Shown here one piece after another: positions 18,955-26,353 of a stretch of 64,000 nt of DNA. How positions within the stretch are numbered: the first letter of the stretch is position 1; the number at the start of each line of letters is the position of its first letter. Below the pieces are notes generated by a model. The model did not search any database, was not told where the DNA came from, and worked only from the letters and a program-made list of their open reading frames with translations. The DNA lies in assembly GCA_965223855.1 (NCBI GenBank), contig CBDCXM010000009.1, positions 2,528,001 through 2,592,000 of the forward strand. Reading direction: 5' to 3'. A program made the translations under genes and the position numbers. Origin of the DNA: Candidatus Multivoradales bacterium (GTDB lineage: Bacteria; Acidobacteriota; Thermoanaerobaculia; Multivoradales; JAHEKO01).

Positions 18955-20003
18955 AGGAACCGCCGGATCCTCTGGTCGACGTTCTTCTCCAGATCCGAGA
19001 AGAACAGAGCCACATCGAGTGCGTGGTAGTCGCCGCGTCGTGAGCGCTCCAGCCCCGGGTCGGCCGGCGCGGCGATCTCCAGGTAGCCCTCGACGCACCT
19101 GGCTTCGGGTGGGCCGGAGACCCGGACCGAGGGTGGAGAGAGGGCCCCGCCGCTCATCTCCGAGGCCGAAGCGGGCTCGCCGTCGATGCGCCAGCTGAGC
19201 GGGTTGGTGCACAGGAGGCGTCGACTGTCGTTCGGTCGCCAGTCGGGCAACTCCCCGGAGCGGGCCTGGCGCCAGGCGTGACGGAGTCGGCGATGCCAGC
19301 GGGGGCGCACTCCGGCGGCGACCGAGTTCCAGCTGACGACGCAGCCGGTCTGGAGGGAGTTCTCGCAGGGTGCGAGCGGCGACTCGGCATCGAGCTTCTC
19401 CAGCGGTACGGCGATGCCGATCAGATAGGCGGCGACCATTCGTTGCGCTTCGGGGGAGCCGTCGATGCGGCGCTCGAGCAGCCGCAGCAGGTGATCGGCT
19501 CCCTGGCTGTGGCCGGCGAGGACGAACGGGCGCTCGCCGTTCCACCGCTCGACGAAGTGATCGAACGCCGCCTCCACGTCGCTGTAGGCGAGCTCCCGCG
19601 CCGCGACGCCTGGACCGGTGTCGTCGAAGTAGGAGGCGACGAGCGCCTGGCGGTAGCGCGGCGCGAAGACACGTGCCGCGGCGTCGAAGGCGGGCGTCTG
19701 ATGCGCGATGGGACCGCGGTCGGTGATCCGGTTGACGTCGTCGTCGTCGAGCCGGGCGTTCCAGGCTTCGCCGGTGCCGTAGGTCGTCGGGTGCAGGTAG
19801 AAAACGTCGGCCGGCCTGGACTTGGCGTCTTCGTCCGGCTTCGACAGGCGCGCCCACGACGAGCCGTCGCGATAGTCGGGTGCGCGGCCAGCGTCAGGAC
19901 TGGCTTCGGGATTGGCGCCGGGACGCGAGGAGGTGGATAGCCACGCGAAGAAGCCGAGTCCCAGGCCGGCGACCACGAGGAGCAGGAGAACCCGGCGAGC
20001 CAT
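18942..20003 (-). CDS. DUF3089 family alpha/beta hydrolase
   Basis: DVFYLHPTT, APRYRQA, LAGHSQG, CTNPLSW and YH.LD; N-terminal anchor. Confidence 0.85.
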   Translation of the reverse strand: MARRVLLLLVVAGLGLGFFAWLSTSSRPGANPEASPDAGRAPDYRDGSSWARLSKPDEDAKSRPADVFYLHPTTYGTGEAWNARLDDDDVNRITDRGPIAHQTPAFDAAARVFAPRYRQALVASYFDDTGPGVAARELAYSDVEAAFDHFVERWNGERPFVLAGHSQGADHLLRLLERRIDGSPEAQRMVAAYLIGIAVPLEKLDAESPLAPCENSLQTGCVVSWNSVAAGVRPRWHRRLRHAWRQARSGELPDWRPNDSRRLLCTNPLSWRIDGEPASASEMSGGALSPPSVRVSGPPEARCVEGYLEIAAPADPGLERSRRGDYHALDVALFFSDLEKNVDQRIRRFLEFR

Positions 20004-20076
20004 GTTGCGATCCTAACCGCGGGTCGCCACCCGATGACCGCAATCGACGCGAAGTCGAAGAGCTAACATCACTCCG

Positions 20077-20769
20077 ATGTGCGGCCGCTACACGGTGTCG
20101 AACCCCGGCGAGGTCCTCGGTGACCTGCTCGAGGGTGCCCCGTTCACACCGGTCGAGGCGCGGTTCAACGTCGCTCCGACCCAGGATGCGCCGGTGATCG
20201 TCTCCGATGAGCACGGTCGGCGGGAGCTGCGCTCGATGCGCTGGGGGCTGGTCCCCTTCTGGGCCGAGAGCCTCGACGGCGGTGCGCGGGCGATCAATGC
20301 ACGCTCGGAGACCGTCGCCGAGAAGCCGACCTTTCGCGAAAGCTTCGCCCGCCGCCGATGCCTGGTGGCCGCCGACGGCTTCTACGAATGGCAGAAGGTG
20401 CCGGGAGGCAAGCAGCCCTACCACCTGAGGCTTCCGGACGGCGGGCCGATCGCGTTCGCCGGAGTGTGGGATCGCTGGCGCGGGCCGCGAGGGAGGGTGG
20501 TCGAGTCGTTCTCGATTCTCACGACGACACCTCACCCGGTGGTCGAGCCGATCCACGACCGGATGCCGGTCTTCCTCGCCCCGGAGGCGCGCCCGATCTG
20601 GATCGATCGCGAGACGGCGACGGAGGCCCTTCACGCTCTGCTCGGGCCGTGGCGGGGAGAGCTCGAGGCGGTGCCGGTGAGCGATCGGGTCAACTCTCCC
20701 GCCAACGATTCGCTCGAGTGCCTGCAGCCCGTGCTGCCGCCGCCGCAGCAGAGTTCGCTCTTCGAATGA
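20077..20769 (+). CDS. SOS response-associated peptidase (SRAP/YedK/HMCES), abasic-site protein
   Basis: MCGRY N-terminus, FNVAPTQ, INARSET, DGFYEW and IHDRMPV. Confidence 0.95.
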   Translation: MCGRYTVSNPGEVLGDLLEGAPFTPVEARFNVAPTQDAPVIVSDEHGRRELRSMRWGLVPFWAESLDGGARAINARSETVAEKPTFRESFARRRCLVAADGFYEWQKVPGGKQPYHLRLPDGGPIAFAGVWDRWRGPRGRVVESFSILTTTPHPVVEPIHDRMPVFLAPEARPIWIDRETATEALHALLGPWRGELEAVPVSDRVNSPANDSLECLQPVLPPPQQSSLFE

Positions 20770-22475
20770 GGAGGCCCGTGCCGCGACCGTGCGCCGGGAC
20801 GCTCGCGCTGGCTGGGACAGTGCTGGCTGCGACGGTGCTGGCCGTGGCGGCAACCGGGTGCCTGTCGAAGGACGAGCCGGGGACTGCCGGCAGACCCGGC
20901 GCGGCCGGCAGAGGAGTCCGCGGCATCGTCCTGATCTCGCTCGACACGCTGCGCGCCGACCGGCTCGGCGCCTACGGCTACGCACGCCCGACTTCGCCCT
21001 TCCTCGACTCGCTGGCCGCCAGGGGGACGCTCTTCGAGCATGCCTACGCGCCCTACCCGTCGACGCTCGTCGCTCACGCTTCGCTCTTCACCGGGTTGTC
21101 GCCGGACGAACACGGCGTGCGGCCCCCTTCAGGGGTTCTGCCCTCCGATGCACCGACCGTTCCCGAGCTTCTGTCCGCTGCCGGCTTCCGGACGTCGGGG
21201 CACACGGAAGGGGGCTTCGTCGCCGGCGGTTTCGGTTTCGCCCGCGGCTTCGAGCGCTTCACCGACACCGCCTACGAGCAGGACGCCGACCTCGAGCGCA
21301 CCCTCTCCCGGGGGCTCGACTTCCTGGAGACCCTCGAGCCCGGGGCGCGCTTCTTCCTCTTTCTCCACAGCTACTCGGTGCACGACCCCTACGATCCGCC
21401 GCGGGGGGTGGAGCGGTTCGACCCGGCGCCGCCACCCGCCCCGGACTCGAGCGGTGAGCGGTTGCGGCGGCACAACGACGGTTCTGCGCCGCTGCCCACC
21501 GCTGTCGTCGCCCGGATGTCGGACCGCTACGACGCGTCGGTGCGCTATGCCGACGAGCAGCTCGAGAGCTTCTTCGCCGAGGCCGACGCGCTCGGGGCCT
21601 GGGACGACTCGGTCCTCGTCGTGACCTCCGATCACGGCGAGGAGTTCCTTGAGCACGAGAGGGTCGGGCACACCCAGGCGTATCCGGAGAATCTGCGCGT
21701 GCCGCTGCTGCTGGTCGACTTCAGGCGAGCGGGCGGTGCCGACGCCGTGCCTGGTACCCGGGTTAGGGAGCCCGTCGATCTGGCCGATCTGGCGCCGACG
21801 CTGTTGGAACTGGCGCGCGTCGAACCGCCGGCACGGCTTGCAGGTCGATCGCTCCTCGGGGCGCGGCCGGAGCGGTCGATGGCGATCGGCCTCGCCGAGT
21901 CGGAGGAACTGGCGACTCGCAGCATCGTGGCGAGGGTGGACGGCACCCTCTACCAGCTGCTGGAGTCGTCACCTCCGGACGAGGCGGAGGGTATCTGGCT
22001 GCCGCCGGTGCTGTCGTTCGACAGTGTGTCGGAGCGGCTCAGCTTCCGCGCCCGGAGCTATCGCCAGGCTCGCACGCTGACGGCCTCGATCGAAGGAGAG
22101 GCACTCGCTCACTTCGAGCTGACCCCTGCCTGGTCGGACTTCGAGCTGACGATTCCCGGTGGCGGTTCCGGGGACCGGGTGACGGAGCTGCAGTTCGAAG
22201 TCGACGGTTGCTCGGTGCCGGCCGAGGTCGAGGGCGGTACCGACGAGCGCTGTCTTTCGGGCGTGGTGCAGGGCCTCCACCTCGGCCGCTGGGCGCTCTT
22301 CGATCTCGAGGCCGATCCGCTCGCCGCTACGGACCTGGCACCTGTGAGGGTGGGAGTGGTGAGGCATCTCGCGAGGAGGCTCGCCGAGACTCGGGGGGAG
22401 CGCCGTGAGAGCCGAACGCGCGAGCTGCCGGCCGAGGAGGCGGAGACCCTGAGAGCGCTCGGCTACCTCGACTGA
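20766..22475 (+). CDS. Sulfatase/alkaline-phosphatase superfamily lipoprotein
   Basis: Lipobox-like AATGC, LISLDTLRAD, HASLFTG, VTSDHGEEF and C-terminal LRALGYL; ATGA overlap with the SRAP stop. Confidence 0.85.
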   Translation: MRRPVPRPCAGTLALAGTVLAATVLAVAATGCLSKDEPGTAGRPGAAGRGVRGIVLISLDTLRADRLGAYGYARPTSPFLDSLAARGTLFEHAYAPYPSTLVAHASLFTGLSPDEHGVRPPSGVLPSDAPTVPELLSAAGFRTSGHTEGGFVAGGFGFARGFERFTDTAYEQDADLERTLSRGLDFLETLEPGARFFLFLHSYSVHDPYDPPRGVERFDPAPPPAPDSSGERLRRHNDGSAPLPTAVVARMSDRYDASVRYADEQLESFFAEADALGAWDDSVLVVTSDHGEEFLEHERVGHTQAYPENLRVPLLLVDFRRAGGADAVPGTRVREPVDLADLAPTLLELARVEPPARLAGRSLLGARPERSMAIGLAESEELATRSIVARVDGTLYQLLESSPPDEAEGIWLPPVLSFDSVSERLSFRARSYRQARTLTASIEGEALAHFELTPAWSDFELTIPGGGSGDRVTELQFEVDGCSVPAEVEGGTDERCLSGVVQGLHLGRWALFDLEADPLAATDLAPVRVGVVRHLARRLAETRGERRESRTRELPAEEAETLRALGYLD

Positions 22476-22508
22476 CACCGGCGGGCGATCGATGGCTGGT
22501 GCGTCGGC

Positions 22509-24047
22509 TCAGTCGTAGATCCCGTCGGCGTACCAGCCGTCGTCGCGGCGGTCGCGATAGATCCGGTAGACCGCCCCGTCTTCCAGTTCGACGTCCCAGT
22601 AGTCGCGATCGACGGGGTCGTCGTCCCACCAGTTCTCCTCGAGAGCCCACGGCCCGGAAGCGACGCGCACCCGGCCCGAGATGCCCGGGCGGCGTTCGTT
22701 CTCCTCGCTGACGACGCTCTGGACGCGGCGGGGACGGTCTGCACCGATCACCTCGAGCGCGATGGCGGGACGCAACGCCCGCACGGCGAGCAGCCCGTAG
22801 CTGCGGGCGGGCACCTCACGCACCTCGTCGTCTTCGCCCACGGTGTTCGCGGCTGGGGGAGGCTTGAAGCGCAGAAGGCGAAAGCTGCCCGGGAGGTGCT
22901 CGTCGGCCGGTTCGGGAGTGCCGAGATGCTCCGGTCCCAGGAGGCTGAAGAGCCGTGCCAGGGTCGTGGCGAGCTGGTCGGGGGAAAGCGCCGCCGGTCC
23001 GAAGAGCGTGAGTTGCGCTTCGCGTGGCCGATCGGGGTGGCCGCGTACGGTGAAGCCGACGACCGGCGCCCCTGGTGGTGAGGCTTCGAGGTCGAGCCGG
23101 AGCAGCGTGAGCAGAGTCTTGCTGTCGCGCGTCGGAGCGGGCAGCTCGACGCTGCGTTCGTGCGTGCCGTCCGGCTCGAGTCGCAGCGAGGTCTGGAGTC
23201 GCTGGCAGGCGAACCCCCGTCGCCGCATCCGGTCGCACATCCGGTCGATCGCGGCACGAGCGACGAACAGGAACGGTTCGAGATCGGTGAGCGCCCATTC
23301 GAGATCCACCCCCTCGTCGAAGGTGGGGGCGGGGCGATGCGGGACGAGCGGGCGCACGTCGATACCGCGTGCCTGACGGTGAAGCTTGCGCCCGACCTCC
23401 CCGAAGCGGCTCGCGATGTCGTTGTCGGGCAGCCGGGCGAAGTCGCCGATCGAGTGGAGCCCCCAACGTTCGAGCCGCGTCAGGATGTGGGCTTCGGCCA
23501 GCAGACGCGAGAGAGGCAGTGGGGCGAGAAACCCGGCCTCTTCGCCGCTCGGTACGAGGGTGGGGGAGTCGGGCTGCTCCGCGGCGACGCGGGCGGCGAG
23601 CTTGGAACCTGCAATACCCACCCGGGCGCAGAGGCCGGCGCGCTCGGCGGCCCGGCCGAGTGCCGTGCCGAGCTCACGCTCGTCGCTCCAGTGACGTTCC
23701 AGCCCGGTCGTATCGAGGAAGACGATTCCCTGCCCGGCGTCCTCGAAACGGGGGGAGAGTGCTTCGGCGATCTCCAGCAGGCACTGCTGCGCGGCATGCT
23801 CGGCGGCGGCGTTGCGGCTGCGGGCGACGAGATTGGGCAGCAGCGCGCGCGCCTGGGCGAGCGACATACCGCGCCGGACACCCCCCTGACGCGCCCGGCG
23901 GCTGGCGGCATGAACCCGCGCGGCGTTGCCGTTGCCCTCGAGCAGCACCAGCGCCTCGCCGGCGAGCTCCGGTTCACTGCGAAGCCTCGCCGCGAGCGGG
24001 AAGAGCGGGACGGCAAGGCAGGCGACCCTCGCCGCAGAGTCGCTCAA
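22509..24047 (-). CDS. imuB: ImuB, catalytically inactive Y-family polymerase
   Basis: GVRRGMSLAQARAL, LSPRFE, FLAPLPL and C-terminal GPW...WW...RDYW...W..DGIYD; lacks the N-terminal catalytic Asp. TTG start overlaps the imuA stop. Confidence 0.88.
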   Translation of the reverse strand: MSDSAARVACLAVPLFPLAARLRSEPELAGEALVLLEGNGNAARVHAASRRARQGGVRRGMSLAQARALLPNLVARSRNAAAEHAAQQCLLEIAEALSPRFEDAGQGIVFLDTTGLERHWSDERELGTALGRAAERAGLCARVGIAGSKLAARVAAEQPDSPTLVPSGEEAGFLAPLPLSRLLAEAHILTRLERWGLHSIGDFARLPDNDIASRFGEVGRKLHRQARGIDVRPLVPHRPAPTFDEGVDLEWALTDLEPFLFVARAAIDRMCDRMRRRGFACQRLQTSLRLEPDGTHERSVELPAPTRDSKTLLTLLRLDLEASPPGAPVVGFTVRGHPDRPREAQLTLFGPAALSPDQLATTLARLFSLLGPEHLGTPEPADEHLPGSFRLLRFKPPPAANTVGEDDEVREVPARSYGLLAVRALRPAIALEVIGADRPRRVQSVVSEENERRPGISGRVRVASGPWALEENWWDDDPVDRDYWDVELEDGAVYRIYRDRRDDGWYADGIYD

Positions 24048-24742
24048 CGCACGCACGCCCCGGATCGCCACGGCTGCGTGTCCGGAGGGGGCGGAGCCTG
24101 CCCGGGAGCTCTGGTGAGCCGGAGCGAGCTCTCGATCGTGTCGAGCAACCTGGGGGTGTGGCCGGATCCGCGCCAGCACGTTCTGCGACGGGTCGTTTCG
24201 AGCACCTGGTGCGCTGCAGTGCCGCTCGCCCGGTAGGGGCTCGAGACGAGCAGCACGCCGGAGTGCTTCTGTGCTGCACGCGCGAGACGCATCCACGATC
24301 CCTCCGGCCCGCGCCCCCCGGGGACGGGAGGCAGGCCGAGATCGAGCACGACGAAGGAGAACCCGGTGTCGAGCAGCAGCTCGGTCGAGATCAGCGCTTC
24401 CTTGACATGCTGCGGCCGGACCCACAGCAGACGGGAGAGCTCGATGCCGGCTCTTTGCGCCGTGCGCGGCTCGAAACCGCTGCCGAGATCGACGAGTCCG
24501 GCGATCTCTCCACGGCCGGTGAACGCGGCGAGCGCCTGGAGCGCGATCGAGAAGCGCCCTCCGGAACGGTGGCCGACGATTTCGACCAGGCTGCCGGGCG
24601 TGAACCCTCCCTCCAGCAGGCGATCGACCGCCGGGATCCGGCTCGAGAGCCGGCGGGACGGGCGGCGATCGCGGTCCCGCAGACTGCGGGCGGTGAACAG
24701 CCCGGGGTGGAGGTCGCGGAGTTGGGTTGCCGGATGCGTCAT
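24044..24742 (-). CDS. imuA: ImuA, RecA-like protein
   Basis: IPAVDRLLEGG..PGSLVEIVG, degenerate Walker A GHRSGGRFS, GIELSRLLWVRP and VVLD; directly upstream of imuB. Confidence 0.85.
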   Translation of the reverse strand: MTHPATQLRDLHPGLFTARSLRDRDRRPSRRLSSRIPAVDRLLEGGFTPGSLVEIVGHRSGGRFSIALQALAAFTGRGEIAGLVDLGSGFEPRTAQRAGIELSRLLWVRPQHVKEALISTELLLDTGFSFVVLDLGLPPVPGGRGPEGSWMRLARAAQKHSGVLLVSSPYRASGTAAHQVLETTRRRTCWRGSGHTPRLLDTIESSLRLTRAPGQAPPPPDTQPWRSGACVR

Positions 24743-24780
24743 CAGCCCGAAGATGCCTCTCTCGTGATTCGAAGAGCGAG

Positions 24781-24809
24781 AGCGTAAATCAGGCGTAAAT
24801 CAAAGTCAA
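24781..24809 (-). promoter_or_regulatory. imuA promoter overlapped by GCGTAAAT-N3-GCGTAAAT (putative SOS operator)
   Basis: Minus strand TTGACT (24809-24804), 17 bp, TACGCT (24786-24781); repeats at 24782-24789 and 24793-24800. Confidence 0.75.
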
Positions 24810-24837
24810 AAAACAGGCGGCTCGCGAAGGAGCCGCC
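24808..24837 (-). terminator. Intrinsic terminator of the acidic lipoprotein gene
   Basis: Stem GGCGGCTC/GAGCCGCC (24816-24837) followed on the minus strand by TGTTTTTT. Confidence 0.75.
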
Positions 24838-24846
24838 CGTCGGGAA

Positions 24847-25233
24847 TCAGTGGACGTCTTCTCCGTCTCCGTCTCCGTCTCCGTCGTCCTCGTCCATGGC
24901 GTCCTTCATCTCGTCGACCATCTCTTCACCGGCGTCCATGGCGTCGTCGGCCATCTCTTCGGCCTTGTCCATGGCGTCGCCCATCGCATCGCCGGCATCG
25001 TCCATCGCTTCATCGATGGCTTCGCCGGCATCGTCCATCGCCTCGCCGATCGCTTCACCGGCGTCGTCCATCGCCTCGCCGGCGTCGTCCATCGCGTCGC
25101 TGACGGTGTCGGCGGCGTCCTCGGCCATCTCGCCCATCGAGTTTCCGGCCTCTTCGGCCTTCTGGCAACCGACGGCGACCACGAGCATCAACACGGCGAC
25201 GAGCGCCATCCACGGACTGCGAATCTTCGTCAT
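24847..25233 (-). CDS. Small, highly acidic repetitive lipoprotein
   Basis: Lipobox VAVG-C; repeated (M/I)DDAGEA units; GGAGG RBS. Confidence 0.8.
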   Translation of the reverse strand: MTKIRSPWMALVAVLMLVVAVGCQKAEEAGNSMGEMAEDAADTVSDAMDDAGEAMDDAGEAIGEAMDDAGEAIDEAMDDAGDAMGDAMDKAEEMADDAMDAGEEMVDEMKDAMDEDDGDGDGDGEDVH

Positions 25234-25483
25234 AACTGTCCCTCCCTTGGATGTTCTTGGGCAGTTCTCTCAGCCCAACCGAAGGCTCAGTATACCAAGC
25301 TCACTGCTGCCGGAAGGCCTTCCGGGCCTTTTTGGCTTTGTGCTACTCTTCCGCCGTTCAAACGCCGCGCAGTCAGTCTCCGGATCGAACGTCCCGGGGA
25401 TCGGTCCGTGCGGTGGATTCGGAGGGGCGCCGGTTGATGGAATCGCAGGACCGGCTTGATCATCGGGCGAAAGGAGCTGTCCC

Positions 25484-26245
25484 ATGAAGCGCTGGATTTC
25501 GACGTTTGTCTTGGCGGGGGTCTTGATGGTGAGCGCGGCTGCGGTGGCGCAGGCGCAGGTCGAGATCACTCTCAACGGTGAAACCACGTCCGTTGCCGAC
25601 GGCACGACGCTGGCGGATCTCGTCGGCCGTCTCGGTCGCGACGGAGGCGATGTCGATGTGACCCACAACGGCAGTGAGGTCCGGACTCGCGATCTCGACG
25701 ACATCACGGTCGCGGCCGGAGACCGGGTTTCCATCGTCGAAGACGACAACGACCGCAAGTTCGGCTTCGGCATCGGCGTCGGTCTCGTGAACCTCGACGA
25801 GGAGTTCGTCGACGACGACGTCGAGCAGTACGTGACCGCACATCTCAGGATCGCCTTCGGCGACAGCGCGGCGCATCGCGGCGGCGGACGGCGCGGCCTG
25901 CGTGGCTACCTCGAGCCCGAGATCGGCATCTGGGATGGCGATACACGCAGCGACACGATGTTCGGCATCAACGTCATCGGCTCGATCCCGTTCAACGCCG
26001 TCGACTTCTTCGTCGGTGCAGGAGCCGGGATCCACCAGCTCGAGCAGGATGCCACTACCGACAACGCCGGCAACGTGATCCCCGCTTCCGACGAGGACGC
26101 TTTCGGTGTGAACGCCCAGTTCGGCGTCGATGTCCATCTCAACGAGTCGGTGACCGTCTTTGGCACCGGCCGTTTCGACATCATCGACGACTCGTCGGAC
26201 TCGCTCGAGGCGAAGGTCTACCTCGGCCTGCGGTTCCTGTTCTAG
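25484..26245 (+). CDS. Exported protein: ThiS-like beta-grasp domain fused to a small outer-membrane beta-barrel
   Basis: Signal peptide (AQA); VEITLNGE...GTTLADLV...NGSEV...GDRVSIV; then amphipathic strands ending VYLGLRFLF; AAGGAG RBS. Confidence 0.7.
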   Translation: MKRWISTFVLAGVLMVSAAAVAQAQVEITLNGETTSVADGTTLADLVGRLGRDGGDVDVTHNGSEVRTRDLDDITVAAGDRVSIVEDDNDRKFGFGIGVGLVNLDEEFVDDDVEQYVTAHLRIAFGDSAAHRGGGRRGLRGYLEPEIGIWDGDTRSDTMFGINVIGSIPFNAVDFFVGAGAGIHQLEQDATTDNAGNVIPASDEDAFGVNAQFGVDVHLNESVTVFGTGRFDIIDDSSDSLEAKVYLGLRFLF

Positions 26246-26353
26246 AGATCACGACGCGCAAGGCCGGGCCCCCGGGGACATCGGTGGCGCGCTGGCAAGG
26301 AGTCTGCCAGGCGGCCCTCCGGGCCGCCTGTTTCGTTCTGTTGCGAGGTCGGA

